DNA from: an uncultured virus (IMG/VR IMGVR_UViG_3300031951_000040)
Lineage: Duplodnaviria > Heunggongvirae > Uroviricota > Caudoviricetes
IMG/VR virus record: IMGVR_UViG_3300031951_000040
Length of the DNA stretch: 64,000 nucleotides
Direction: 5' to 3' (one strand)
Shown piece after piece: positions 36,680 to 46,941 of this stretch. The notes under the pieces are model-generated. The model saw only the letters and a list, made by a program, of their open reading frames with translations, was not told the origin of the DNA and did not search any database. The stretch's first letter is position 1; every line of letters starts with the position of its first letter. The position numbers and the translations under genes were made by a program.

Positions 36680-37538
36680 CTAATTGAATTTCAATTTCTT
36701 GTTGTCCTTCTTTTACAACTTGACTACCGTCAGCCATTCTATAATACTTAAACAAAACGTATTTATCGCCTTCGGTTGTTTTAAAATGTGTATGTTTGGT
36801 GTAAGGGTTTAGTTGAAAATCATGGTATAAATTTTTCCAAATTACTCCATCTCCTTTTACAGGTTTTACACTTCTTTCAATTGAATTAAAAGTTAGATGT
36901 CCACCCTCAGTAATGTTATTCAATGATATTTGGACACTCCACAATCTATTACCCATGTTTGTAAACAATTTGTCCTCCGATATTTGATTAGGTAGTAGAA
37001 AATCGTATTTTTCCTCATAATTGAATTCGGGTGTTATTTTTTGAATAAAAACATCTTCACCAAATGAATCTCGAATACCAATAACAGAATTGATTCTCTC
37101 ATTTACTGTTTTATAAATCTCAGACTTTTTATCTAACTTATGAATCATGGGTGATTGCAAGTCCTTAGATTTTTTCTGTGAGTTTAATTTTTTGTCTGTA
37201 ATCGATATCAAATCATCACATTCAATTAATGTTAATAATTCAGGGTAATGATAAATTTCAACTAAATTATTTTCAACTCTATAAGCTCTTGGGTTATCAC
37301 ATAGAGATTTATTGAACGGATAAAGTTCAACTTCGTAAGGTTGATTAAGGTTTTCCTGTGAATATTGTCTTTGCCAAATTAACGCGTTAGTTGGTTCAAT
37401 TTCAAGTTCTCTTTTAATTAAATTGTAATCAAATCCATTATTAAGTAAAACATTAAAAATGGACTCTCTATCATATCCATTCACAATATTAGACCAAATC
37501 CATAGTTTCCATTCAGGAGTAAAAATTCTATTAATCAT
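36666..37538 (-). CDS. Prolyl-4-hydroxylase-like 2OG-Fe(II) oxygenase, possibly degenerate
   Basis: GNRLWS...LN....GG...F.....VKP.KG..V.W.N...T.H....G.KY; the HxD position reads KYD. Confidence 0.7.
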   Translation of the reverse strand: MINRIFTPEWKLWIWSNIVNGYDRESIFNVLLNNGFDYNLIKRELEIEPTNALIWQRQYSQENLNQPYEVELYPFNKSLCDNPRAYRVENNLVEIYHYPELLTLIECDDLISITDKKLNSQKKSKDLQSPMIHKLDKKSEIYKTVNERINSVIGIRDSFGEDVFIQKITPEFNYEEKYDFLLPNQISEDKLFTNMGNRLWSVQISLNNITEGGHLTFNSIERSVKPVKGDGVIWKNLYHDFQLNPYTKHTHFKTTEGDKYVLFKYYRMADGSQVVKEGQQEIEIQLDEIK

Positions 37539-37541
37539 ATT

Positions 37542-37796
37542 TTATTTTTTTATTTTTCTTTCGATTACATACACAGTATCACCTTTTTCATATGACCTGT
37601 ACGATGTTATTTTCATTTCGGGGTTTTTTAGATACAATTTCCAATATGGAGTTGTTTGTAAAGTATTGTCACAACCAATTCCATGATATTCAACAGAATC
37701 AACAATACATGGGATTTTAGTGTCAGTATATTGTGTCTTGTACTTGCAAGACATTAATATTAGACCCAAAAAAATTACAAATGTTAGATTTTTCAT
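37542..37796 (-). CDS. Small lipoprotein
   Basis: LMSC lipobox. Confidence 0.55.
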   Translation of the reverse strand: MKNLTFVIFLGLILMSCKYKTQYTDTKIPCIVDSVEYHGIGCDNTLQTTPYWKLYLKNPEMKITSYRSYEKGDTVYVIERKIKK

Positions 37797-37832
37797 ATTC
37801 TAAATATAAATGATTTTTTTGATAAAACAAAA

Positions 37833-38087
37833 TTAATCTTCACAGAAACAATTGTTTCTTGAAAGAGCGATTAACTTGATGTGTTTTAAACATTCATTGT
37901 CGGCCCTAACTACCGCACCACACAAATCGTTATTCACAACAGATTGAACGAAACTACCCCCAATGGGTCCAACCCCATCTCTTGTTCTCATTACCGATAC
38001 AATGATGTTGATGATGTGTTCACTAACATCATCTTGTCCATACCTCTTTACGAAGTCTTTTGCTGCACTATATAATTTTTCTTCCAT
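37833..38087 (-). CDS. Conserved small phage protein
   Basis: GGSFVQSVVNNDL..AV.RAD motif. Confidence 0.65.
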   Translation of the reverse strand: MEEKLYSAAKDFVKRYGQDDVSEHIINIIVSVMRTRDGVGPIGGSFVQSVVNNDLCGAVVRADNECLKHIKLIALSRNNCFCED

Positions 38088-38090
38088 ATT

Positions 38091-38315
38091 TTAAACATTC
38101 CATGATGCCAACATTTGTCCTATATCATCATTCCTGTCCCTACCGTCGGCTTTAAAATTATCATCATCCAGTGTAATATTTTTTGTGATTGTAATAATTC
38201 CTTTTTTTATCGCATCACATGGTTTTCTGTTACATGGACAAATTCTATATTCGAATGAGGTGTTAATACCACATCTCACACATTCATAATAATCTTTTGT
38301 GGTTGTTGTTATCAT
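38091..38315 (-). CDS. Small Cys-rich protein
   Basis: CxxC...CPC...C. Confidence 0.5.
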   Translation of the reverse strand: MITTTTKDYYECVRCGINTSFEYRICPCNRKPCDAIKKGIITITKNITLDDDNFKADGRDRNDDIGQMLASWNV

Positions 38316-38323
38316 TATTAGAA

Positions 38324-38809
38324 TTAGTTGTCAAACCAAAAGACAACTCTAAAACCATTCTCTTTAATCGTATACCTCTTTTGGTCATCATTTGTTATCC
38401 AAAATTCTTCTTTAAACCTATTGTCCATAGAGTCAACAAAATATTTTAAGTTCTCAACGATTTCTTCATTATCTGAATTATTGTACAGATAATCTTTGAG
38501 TTCTTTTAAGGTGTAGTAAGAAGCTGTATGGACCATATCACCTCTTTCATATTCCTTTCTTGTTGTCTCAGTCACATCCTCAGGTAAACCCCTTGGGTCC
38601 GCAATCGGGTCCATTGAACCTCTGACCTCCGCAAGAATTGAGAATAAATCATAATTTCTTCCCCAATAAAAAGCAACGTGGTCGTACTCCCTTTCGGAAT
38701 CGTTCATTCCAAAATGTGGATTTATTTGCCAATGGTCAACATTGACCCATTTATTTTCACCATTTACTGAAGTGTATTTTTCCAAATACACATGAATATC
38801 ACATCCCAT
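38324..38809 (-). CDS. Conserved phage protein (MGCDIH N-terminus)
   Basis: RNYDLFSILAEVR, PRGLPED, H..S...L.EL, RVVFWFDN motifs. Confidence 0.8.
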   Translation of the reverse strand: MGCDIHVYLEKYTSVNGENKWVNVDHWQINPHFGMNDSEREYDHVAFYWGRNYDLFSILAEVRGSMDPIADPRGLPEDVTETTRKEYERGDMVHTASYYTLKELKDYLYNNSDNEEIVENLKYFVDSMDNRFKEEFWITNDDQKRYTIKENGFRVVFWFDN

Positions 38810-38845
38810 GATTCAAATATAATTAATAATTTTTAAAATGTCAAT

Positions 38846-40759
38846 TTAGTACTGAGATATCTTACCCAATTTAGTAACCTTGTTTCCCCTAAATTCTGAG
38901 TGTTCCTTTATTATGCCGTAAAAAGACACCTTTGAATTAATTGAAACGCTCTTATGTAAATTAGTTGTTAGGTATTCAGTATTAATTTCACCAAATTTAG
39001 AAAATATGTTACCATTTTTGTCAACCAAATCATAGACAGTTGTTGGCCCATAAAGACCATTCACGGTTCTAATATCGGTAACAGTTAGTTCAAAATAAAT
39101 TTTCATACCAGGACTACCGACAAATTTACTCACCTTTAATTTGGATTCGTCAATGTCCCTTGATTTGTGGTTAACAAATGCATCAAAGTCGGTTACAAAT
39201 CCTAAAGTGGTTTTGGCTCTTGTGTAAGCAACGTATTCTAAATTTTTTTCTTGTTCAATTTGCCATGGTAAGGTTGCAAATTTCGATGGAAATAATTCTG
39301 GGTGGATAATAAAAACCCTTTCTGATTCAAGACCTTTAGATTTATGTACGTTACTCAAGCATATTCCACTTTTTTTATCATCTGAAAAGATATCATCGAT
39401 TTTCTTTACAACAATTGCGGGGTCATCTATCCCGTGGGATAACGCTTCTATTACTTGTATCTTTTCACCAAATAGAATTACTTGGTTATCCTCTAACGCT
39501 TCACTTCTTTTCATTGTGTGATTTGTCATTGTTTTTTCAATCAACTTTTCTTTGTCCTTAAGAAGACAACATATTACGTTTGTCATGTTATATTCTTCAT
39601 TCTTCTTGTTGCAAGAAAGTATCATGGTTTTCAAAGACTTACCAATATCAGAACCAATTATATAAGATTTTTTACCTTCACTTAATAATTTGATACACAA
39701 TGAGACAACCGGAAATGTATTTCTACACAAAACCATGTCCCCATCCATAATATCTTTATAGGAGAAGTTTTCAATTACTCTACCTGACCTATTTTTAGAA
39801 TGAGCAATGATTGCTGGATTTATGTGTCGAACCAAATTTAAAATCTCAGGCGAGACTCTATATGTAAAAGACAATGGTAATTCAACCGTGTTTGGTAGTT
39901 CTTTCAATTTTTGATATGACTCATGGTCAGCACCTGCAAAACCATATATCGCTTGTTTAGGGTCACCTACAGCAATGAATCTACCACCATCAGGTTTCAT
40001 TGCTTTTTGCATCAATAAACGGTGACAAGAATTCAAATCTTGACATTCGTCTATAAAAACAAAATCGTAATTATCTCCCGAATGGTTCAAAATGATTGGT
40101 AAAGAAATCATGTCGGTATAATCGAGAACCTTTAGATAAGACATACCCAATTTAGACAGATACCATGCGGCAGTGGATTCACCATCTTGATTGTTCACAG
40201 AATGAAACTCTGCAATTTTATTTATCTCACCAACACCAATTGGTTTGATATCAAAATTTACTAAATGTTGTCTCGATAAATTACACAGAGTTACAACATC
40301 GGTAACAAATTTATACCTGTCAATATTCTCACCTTGAACAGAATCATGGATGCCTTGAATGTACTTGTTTTGTTCTTCGTTGAATCCGTATTTGTCTAAA
40401 CTATCGGGTTTTTCACCACTGTAAAAATTAATGATGTCCCAAAAAAGATTTCGATACTTTAAACTTTTTTCGTCAACACCACAATCATAGTTATTCCTCA
40501 TGATTGTGTAACCGAAACCATGGACCGTTTTGACATCAATGTTCTTATTTTCGGGAATCCTTCTTTTTAATTCATCTCGTATACTAACATTGAATGCCAA
40601 AAACAATACTGATTTATCATCAGGTATTAAGTCCAAAGCTTTTAATAGTGTCGTCGTTTTACCACTACCAGCAACAGCAGAAACTACTGCGTTTCGAGTA
40701 TCTTTTAAAATAAAATTGAAAATATCTTTTTGATATTTGCTGGGTGTAAATTTAGACAT
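38846..40759 (-). CDS. UvrD/Rep-family SF1 helicase with a C-terminal OB-like extension
   Basis: AVAGSGKTT, IDECQD, VGDPKQAIYGFAGA, HKSKGLE, YVAYTRAK motifs. Confidence 0.9.
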   Translation of the reverse strand: MSKFTPSKYQKDIFNFILKDTRNAVVSAVAGSGKTTTLLKALDLIPDDKSVLFLAFNVSIRDELKRRIPENKNIDVKTVHGFGYTIMRNNYDCGVDEKSLKYRNLFWDIINFYSGEKPDSLDKYGFNEEQNKYIQGIHDSVQGENIDRYKFVTDVVTLCNLSRQHLVNFDIKPIGVGEINKIAEFHSVNNQDGESTAAWYLSKLGMSYLKVLDYTDMISLPIILNHSGDNYDFVFIDECQDLNSCHRLLMQKAMKPDGGRFIAVGDPKQAIYGFAGADHESYQKLKELPNTVELPLSFTYRVSPEILNLVRHINPAIIAHSKNRSGRVIENFSYKDIMDGDMVLCRNTFPVVSLCIKLLSEGKKSYIIGSDIGKSLKTMILSCNKKNEEYNMTNVICCLLKDKEKLIEKTMTNHTMKRSEALEDNQVILFGEKIQVIEALSHGIDDPAIVVKKIDDIFSDDKKSGICLSNVHKSKGLESERVFIIHPELFPSKFATLPWQIEQEKNLEYVAYTRAKTTLGFVTDFDAFVNHKSRDIDESKLKVSKFVGSPGMKIYFELTVTDIRTVNGLYGPTTVYDLVDKNGNIFSKFGEINTEYLTTNLHKSVSINSKVSFYGIIKEHSEFRGNKVTKLGKISQY

Positions 40760-40760
40760 A

Positions 40761-40979
40761 TTACTTTTCGATAAACATGTTTGTATTTGAAATTGGTACT
40801 CTTAAAACAGGAATATTTTTTTCATCTCCATCCAATTTCTTCATGACTTCATAGTAACCACTGTCACTTATTCTAACAGTTGGTGCATCTGTAATCATTT
40901 CTAATAATTTTGAAGATTCTTTTGGACCTTCGTAAAGCTTAACTTCTTTTGTTGTTGTGTTAAAAATTAATGTTTGCAT
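40761..40979 (-). CDS. Hypothetical protein
   Basis: Operonic ORF. Confidence 0.6.
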   Translation of the reverse strand: MQTLIFNTTTKEVKLYEGPKESSKLLEMITDAPTVRISDSGYYEVMKKLDGDEKNIPVLRVPISNTNMFIEK

Positions 40980-40985
40980 TTTTAT

Positions 40986-42095
40986 TTATTTTATGTTTAG
41001 TAAATATTTTTTAAATAATTCGTGCTCAACTGACACGCAGATTCTAGAATATGATGACCATAAGTCCTTATCGTGATAAACAAACTTATCAAGACCAACA
41101 GCACCGATTCTATGTTGAAATAAGTAATCTTCCGATTTATTTATAACCGCGAAGATACCTAATGGTTGACCACCTTGGTAAATTTCTTCAACCAGTAGGT
41201 TTTTCTCTTTTAGGTAATTTACATTCTTAAAGATATTATTAGTTGTTATATTTTTAAATTGTTCTAATGAACTTCTTCCTTCGGGTGTGGTTAAAACTTT
41301 CTCAATAATCATTTGAGATGGGGAACATACGGCATTGAATTCATAAAGTAAACGAATGTTTAATTCTGAATTAAAATCCTTGTCCTTACAAAAAATGAAA
41401 CCCATTCTTAAACCCGATAAACCTACCCATTTTGAAAAAGATTCGGTGATAATAACATTATCAAGATGGGCAACTTTATCAAAGAAATCATCTTCATAAA
41501 ATAACTTACGGTATGGTGAATCAAATATTATAATCGCACCTGTCATCGATATCTCATAAATCTTTCTGAAAAGAATGTTGTCATCTATTTTTACACCTGT
41601 AGGATTATTTGGGTCACAAATAAAAATACAAGATGATTCACTAAAATTGGATGCTTCTAAAGATTCTAATGATTCATAAAATGAAAAAGACTTTTGTCTA
41701 ATTGTTGCCATTTTAGAATAAGAACCCCAATAAAATTTTGGGAAATAAATATTTTCTACATTTAATAATTGGATAACCAAATCTAACGCAGGCATACCAC
41801 CTGGTGTGATTGCAATATTATTGATGAAATTAGGTGAATTTGCAAATGAAGGAAAATATTCTGAAACGATAGAATGTCTAAATGTTTCAATACCCAAGTT
41901 AGGTGCATATACTTGAAACTCTTTTGAGTTAAAATCAATTTGTTTCATAACTCCCGTCAAATCGATTTCCGTAACAGCGTTTACACCTCTATTTAATTCG
42001 AGATATGAATTACCTGATTCTTTTGCCGCCCTTTTAACTTTCTGACCAATCCCTACTATCGAAGAGAAGGTTGCATTCGATATATTTACTTTCAT
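40986..42095 (-). CDS. PLP-dependent aminotransferase class I/II
   Basis: DPNNPTG, DSPY, SFSK(PLP-Lys)..GLSGLRMG motifs. Confidence 0.9.
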   Translation of the reverse strand: MKVNISNATFSSIVGIGQKVKRAAKESGNSYLELNRGVNAVTEIDLTGVMKQIDFNSKEFQVYAPNLGIETFRHSIVSEYFPSFANSPNFINNIAITPGGMPALDLVIQLLNVENIYFPKFYWGSYSKMATIRQKSFSFYESLESLEASNFSESSCIFICDPNNPTGVKIDDNILFRKIYEISMTGAIIIFDSPYRKLFYEDDFFDKVAHLDNVIITESFSKWVGLSGLRMGFIFCKDKDFNSELNIRLLYEFNAVCSPSQMIIEKVLTTPEGRSSLEQFKNITTNNIFKNVNYLKEKNLLVEEIYQGGQPLGIFAVINKSEDYLFQHRIGAVGLDKFVYHDKDLWSSYSRICVSVEHELFKKYLLNIK

Positions 42096-42171
42096 TATAT
42101 TCTAAGTTAGTCTGTACTTACCACTAACAAAATATAATAAAAAGAAATCGTATTTCCAAAAATTAATAAAA

Positions 42172-42192
42172 AAAAATCCCCTTTCGGGGATT
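42172..42192 (-). terminator. Intrinsic terminator; similar at 44066-44090, 47711-47738 and 50199-50226
   Basis: atcccc-gaaa-ggggat plus T-tract on the minus strand. Confidence 0.75.
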
Positions 42193-42195
42193 AAA

Positions 42196-42552
42196 TTAAT
42201 ATGGATTTTCAAATGTCAACGAGTCTAAGGACTCATCTATTTTGGAATTATACCACCCATTTATCCAACATTTTGTGGTATCACCAATTTTGGCGGGTTT
42301 ATTGGTTAGTATTGTGACACCATTTTCAAATGTTATATGATATTGATTTTGGAATATTTCTTCACAGGATACTACCGGTACAGGATACCACTCTTTTTCG
42401 CTCCTTGGTATAACTTCCTCACTTATTTCTTCCTCAACTATATTTTCATCTGTAATATAGTTATGTATCTTTTCTTTATTAAAATGAAGAATACCAGTGA
42501 AAATTATGACCGTTATAAACGCCAAAAGAATCCTGACTTGTTTTATATCCAT
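42196..42552 (-). CDS. Membrane-anchored hypothetical protein
   Basis: N-terminal TM segment. Confidence 0.6.
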   Translation of the reverse strand: MDIKQVRILLAFITVIIFTGILHFNKEKIHNYITDENIVEEEISEEVIPRSEKEWYPVPVVSCEEIFQNQYHITFENGVTILTNKPAKIGDTTKCWINGWYNSKIDESLDSLTFENPY

Positions 42553-42554
42553 GA

Positions 42555-43121
42555 TTAAAATTTTTCTTTTAATTTTTCAGTTTGAATTATGTCTTTCAAT
42601 AATTTAACATACCCTTCACCCGCTTCGGCGTAGGTATTTGATAAATACAAATAGTATTCATTTTCAGTATTAATCTGACCAAGGTATCGGCATTGGTAAA
42701 ACGCATAATCATAAACAGATTGGTACCAGTTATCATAAAACGCGTGACCGTTTTGAGTTCCTTTGGCGGTGTTGATTCTAACTGTCGCCTGTTTCATACC
42801 AAACAGATTATTATTTTCCTTGAAAACTTGACTTTTGTAATGTCCCGTCTCAGCAATGGCTTGAGCCATAACAATATGTGGAAATTTAACGTTTAATCTT
42901 TTTAGTTCTGATACAAACTTATCCTCTGAAAATTTATTTTTTTCTTTTTCTAATGAAATTACGATTAATTCTTTTTCGTAACTGTCCAAACTTTTAAACC
43001 GTATAAAACGACCTAAAATAAATGAAGAGATTACCAAAACAATTACAACCGACAACGCGATTTTTACTTTTTTCCAATCCTTTTTCCAAAGGAGTAGAGA
43101 GTTATCATATTTGTAAAACAT
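42555..43121 (-). CDS. Membrane-anchored GH73 glucosaminidase-like peptidoglycan hydrolase
   Basis: AQAIAETG, NNLFGMK, SVYDY, YAE...Y motifs; N-terminal TM. Confidence 0.8.
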   Translation of the reverse strand: MFYKYDNSLLLWKKDWKKVKIALSVVIVLVISSFILGRFIRFKSLDSYEKELIVISLEKEKNKFSEDKFVSELKRLNVKFPHIVMAQAIAETGHYKSQVFKENNNLFGMKQATVRINTAKGTQNGHAFYDNWYQSVYDYAFYQCRYLGQINTENEYYLYLSNTYAEAGEGYVKLLKDIIQTEKLKEKF

Positions 43122-43162
43122 AATTTTAGTGTTTGAGTGTTAGACAATTATTGTTCCAAAAT

Positions 43163-43543
43163 TTAACTTTTCGTAAAATGGTCCACGACCATTCTTGCAC
43201 TTGAGTAGTTTGTAGCTAATGCCACTTCGTGCACATCACAAACCCTCATTAACATTTGTACATCAGGTTCGTGCGGGTGTTTATCCAATGGGTCCCTAAA
43301 AAATATAACCGCATCGATTTCTTTTCTCGAGACCATTGCAGCAATTTCCGCGTCTCCACCCATTGGTCCTGAATTGACTTGTTCAACCTTTGTAACACCA
43401 GCAAACATTATTCTTTTACCTGTCGTACCCGTTGCAACAATATCAACATCGGTTCGATTAAAAAAATCTAATCGTTTCATTACAAAGGCAACCATGTCCG
43501 CCTTCTTACCGTCGTGTGCTATGAGTGCTATTTTCATAATCAA
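43163..43543 (-). CDS. mgsA: Methylglyoxal synthase
   Basis: IALIAHDGKK, ATGTTG, SGPMGGD, FFRDPL...HEPDV, ATN motifs. Confidence 0.92.
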   Translation of the reverse strand: MIMKIALIAHDGKKADMVAFVMKRLDFFNRTDVDIVATGTTGKRIMFAGVTKVEQVNSGPMGGDAEIAAMVSRKEIDAVIFFRDPLDKHPHEPDVQMLMRVCDVHEVALATNYSSARMVVDHFTKS

Positions 43544-44007
43544 AAAATAAACAACCTACCCCCAATCATAAACTGAGGTTTATCGGTTTGATAAAAACTT
43601 AAAGTTAAGTACAAGGGATATGATAATTTCAAATTTGCAGCGGTCTTCAATATAATTTGATTACCACCATCAACAGATAAACCCGCCCCACCTGTTAAAA
43701 TTAACCATTTATAATCTTTATTTGTGTAAACGTAATTTAAAACAACATAAATTTCTTCAGGTCTACCATTGATTGTTAAAGTATTGGGGTTAAATAAATT
43801 TAATTCGGCCATCAATTTACCATAACCAATTCCAATAAAGGCATTTGTTTTTTCTTTGGAGAATTCGTAACCCGCGGAATAATATGATGAATTACCTCTA
43901 GGACCATAAGATAATCCATAATTGAATATTCTTTGGGGTACTCTTAACCCTTGTGCCCATGTGTTGTTCATCAACAGCATACAAAATATCATTAAGAATT
44001 TTTTCAT
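43540..44007 (-). CDS. Secreted/outer-membrane beta-barrel-like protein
   Basis: Signal peptide, alternating amphipathic strands, C-terminal Phe. Confidence 0.5.
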   Translation of the reverse strand: MKKFLMIFCMLLMNNTWAQGLRVPQRIFNYGLSYGPRGNSSYYSAGYEFSKEKTNAFIGIGYGKLMAELNLFNPNTLTINGRPEEIYVVLNYVYTNKDYKWLILTGGAGLSVDGGNQIILKTAANLKLSYPLYLTLSFYQTDKPQFMIGGRLFIF

Positions 44008-44116
44008 TTTTTATGATTTACATACAAATATATTACTAGTATTTGAGATATCCAAATTTTTTTTCAAAAAAAAGAGGGACCGAAATCCCTCCTTACAAAT
44101 TTAGATTTGATTGTAA

Positions 44117-45157
44117 TTAAATTCTCCTCAAGGTGGCATTTTCATTGTCATAGGTTCCTCGTAAGATTTCTCTCGGTCCTTCCGACATCATTCCACTTGT
44201 CTCGTACGCCCTTTCTTCCACAACCGCTTCAACATCACGTTCAACTACCCATTCTCTCTCTTCTCTTATATCCACATTTCTCATATCCATATCAGCTTCA
44301 CCCATTGGGGATTCCATATCCGTTGGTTCTGGTAGTACCTCCATTTTGGTAAACTCTTTCAGTAACACATCCTCTTTGATTCTATCTTCTTCAGTCAACA
44401 AAGAGTTGTTGGTTACTGGGTTTTCACTAACTTCATTTTTAATGACACCCAATATAAAATCAGGTAAACCACTTTCTAATGAATCGATACGAGAATCAAT
44501 TTGATTCCAAAAAGAAAATTCAGGGTCTGAGTCGAGTGATTTAAAGCAACCAACTTTTAATCCTGTTAATTTATTAATCACATAAATAAGGATACCTCTT
44601 TTGGAGTATCTTAGGAAATAATCCGGGTTATTCTCAGACGACGTACACCATTTTGTTGATGACCCATATTTCTTTGAGGCGTAAAACGTTAAAGGTCTTA
44701 AAACAATCCACTCATCTGAAGTGAACAATGTGTGAATTTGTTTTTCCAAATCTTTCTCGAAAGCTTTAATCTCAGCGAGACTAGTCGCCGTCATTACATC
44801 GTCAAAAGATTTAAATTTAGATAAGTCATTATCTTGAATCAATCCTCTTTCATTGTAATCACAAAATTTTTGGAATGTTTTTAAATCTGAAAAATTAAAA
44901 CTCTGTTCCAAAAATCTGTAAGAGCTAAAAATTTGAAATGGGGTCATTCCTTTAAAGTGGTCATCTGTAATTCCAAATTCTCTTTTTAGATTCTCACGAA
45001 CTTCATTGACGTACATGTCTAAATGTTTCGTGTTTTTTGAAAGTCGAATTAAAAATTCGATGTACTTAGATTTACCCTCAGGGCAAAAGATTTGAAAGAC
45101 ATCAACCATATTTATGTTGTTGTCAGGATTTTGTTTTAGTTCTTTGATTCGTGACAT
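44117..45157 (-). CDS. Conserved large-phage protein
   Basis: PLTFYASKKYGSSTKWC...YF..Y...G.L.Y motif. Confidence 0.7.
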   Translation of the reverse strand: MSRIKELKQNPDNNINMVDVFQIFCPEGKSKYIEFLIRLSKNTKHLDMYVNEVRENLKREFGITDDHFKGMTPFQIFSSYRFLEQSFNFSDLKTFQKFCDYNERGLIQDNDLSKFKSFDDVMTATSLAEIKAFEKDLEKQIHTLFTSDEWIVLRPLTFYASKKYGSSTKWCTSSENNPDYFLRYSKRGILIYVINKLTGLKVGCFKSLDSDPEFSFWNQIDSRIDSLESGLPDFILGVIKNEVSENPVTNNSLLTEEDRIKEDVLLKEFTKMEVLPEPTDMESPMGEADMDMRNVDIREEREWVVERDVEAVVEERAYETSGMMSEGPREILRGTYDNENATLRRI

Positions 45158-45176
45158 ATTGTTTTAATTTAGTTTA

Positions 45177-45845
45177 TTAATAAAATTTACGTAACATTTG
45201 AACCACGTCCCAAGCGTCCTCAAGAGCGGTGTGAGCGACTTCTCCGTCAATTCCAGCACGTTCTTTACATTTTTTAAGACTTGGAATTGCGTTATCCTCA
45301 TCCCATATACAATACAAAACGGAAGGGTCAATAATTCTTTGTCTGATTTTTATGAGTTTTTTCCACCACGGTAATTCTTCCAAGAACAATTTATCAAAGG
45401 TTCCAAAATTTTTACCGGCAACATTAATTGTAAGTGATGGTGTGTGATTGTTAAAAGCCGGTATCATTGTTCCATTGACATTTCTAACATGATTATTTAG
45501 AAATGATGAATTTGGGTAGATACCATTTAAGAATAAAAAGTCATAGAATTTTTGTGCCAGTTCATTTTCTTCCAAAAATACATAATCACTATGATGTTCC
45601 AAGTTTGCCCTATCCTCTTCGTTACCTTCTTTATATTCACCAATTAATGATATGATTTCTTTGTTCATGGAAATCGCTCTCGGTGAACCGGTAATTTGGT
45701 TTTGAAGTACGATGGCGTTAAACTTTGGTAATTTCTCGTATGGTAATTTATTAGTGGTGTCTTCTATGATAGCACCAAAAGACAACACACTATTGTTTAA
45801 CGGTTCGAGACCTGAAGTCTCAATGTCTATTGATACATATATCAT
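45177..45845 (-). CDS. DEDDh 3'-5' exonuclease
   Basis: IDIETSGL, GKN...FD..FL, HTALEDA motifs. Confidence 0.85.
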   Translation of the reverse strand: MIYVSIDIETSGLEPLNNSVLSFGAIIEDTTNKLPYEKLPKFNAIVLQNQITGSPRAISMNKEIISLIGEYKEGNEEDRANLEHHSDYVFLEENELAQKFYDFLFLNGIYPNSSFLNNHVRNVNGTMIPAFNNHTPSLTINVAGKNFGTFDKLFLEELPWWKKLIKIRQRIIDPSVLYCIWDEDNAIPSLKKCKERAGIDGEVAHTALEDAWDVVQMLRKFY

Positions 45846-46033
45846 CGGTCAAGTGCTTTTACAACTACAACAATCATGATGACAATAAAGATGAGGGCAA
45901 ACCCACCCCATAGTGGTGCGGTCACCCACCACCACGACCAATCAATAACACCAGTAAGTTTAAGTGTCATAAAAATTAAAAACATCAGACCGAAGAATCC
46001 CACTCCTCCTGATGACGAACTATTTTCTGCCAT
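45842..46033 (-). CDS. Small membrane protein
   Basis: LKLTGVIDWSWWWVTAPLW motif. Confidence 0.7.
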   Translation of the reverse strand: MAENSSSSGGVGFFGLMFLIFMTLKLTGVIDWSWWWVTAPLWGGFALIFIVIMIVVVVKALDR

Positions 46034-46512
46034 TAGTGTAAATTATATTTTTCTTTTAATATTTTGATTGTTTCTTCCGCGGAAGTATGAAGAATACCTT
46101 CACCACCGTTTTCATTCCAACCGTCTATAGTATCTTTCCTATCGTCGATTAATATTGTGTATGGAGCCGCGAAATCTTTTTTATGTTTAGCACTTCTTAA
46201 TATTAAAGCAACACCGGGTAACTCCCTGTTTACCCATTCCATTTTCCCAATACGGGATTCAACTTGTCTTGATGGTGCAGATAAAAGGGTTGGATTATAC
46301 TTGGAAATGTGTTCCCACAAAATGTGACCGTCAGGTTCAATCCATTTCAAATTGACCCAAAAATCATATCCCGCCTTTTCTATTGGTGCCCAAAATTGTG
46401 AGTCGTTACGATGTTCGTCTTTGTTCAAATCAATACCAGTAAGGTCTTTATAACCTTGGTTGAAATCTATTAAGACCCCATCTAAATCACAAAAAATAGT
46501 ATACTTTGTCAT
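46033..46512 (-). CDS. 5'(3')-deoxyribonucleotidase-like HAD phosphatase
   Basis: DLDGVL.DF, LS.P, K..W, LIDD motifs. Confidence 0.85.
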   Translation of the reverse strand: MTKYTIFCDLDGVLIDFNQGYKDLTGIDLNKDEHRNDSQFWAPIEKAGYDFWVNLKWIEPDGHILWEHISKYNPTLLSAPSRQVESRIGKMEWVNRELPGVALILRSAKHKKDFAAPYTILIDDRKDTIDGWNENGGEGILHTSAEETIKILKEKYNLH

Positions 46513-46576
46513 TTGAAATACTTCTATGACAAGTATAAGAATAAATTTTTAAAATAAAAAATTTTAAAGAGTAATT

Positions 46577-46915
46577 TTAATAATCATCATTGTCAGAATC
46601 CTCAACAAAATCATTGTAGTAGGTGTCTTCCTCTTCTTCTGTGAGTTCTTCCCCCTCGAATTCATCTATCTCCAATTCAGCGTACAAGGCCTCGTAGACC
46701 ATATCTTCTGTTAACCAAGTTGGTAATTCATCAACTTCGTTGTTTGGTTCATATGATTTAATATCAACCTCATTGTTATCCATAAATAAATTATCATCTT
46801 CATCTGAATCATCTTTATTTATGTATTCATAGGTTACGAATAATTCAAATTCCTCGTCAGTGTCTGGATGAAAAACAGTAATTACTCGAGTATTTAATCC
46901 TTTTTTGTTTGCCAT
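46577..46915 (-). CDS. Highly acidic protein
   Basis: D/E-rich composition. Confidence 0.65.
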   Translation of the reverse strand: MANKKGLNTRVITVFHPDTDEEFELFVTYEYINKDDSDEDDNLFMDNNEVDIKSYEPNNEVDELPTWLTEDMVYEALYAELEIDEFEGEELTEEEEDTYYNDFVEDSDNDDY

Positions 46916-46941
46916 TTTAATTATGAAATATTTATTATTAT

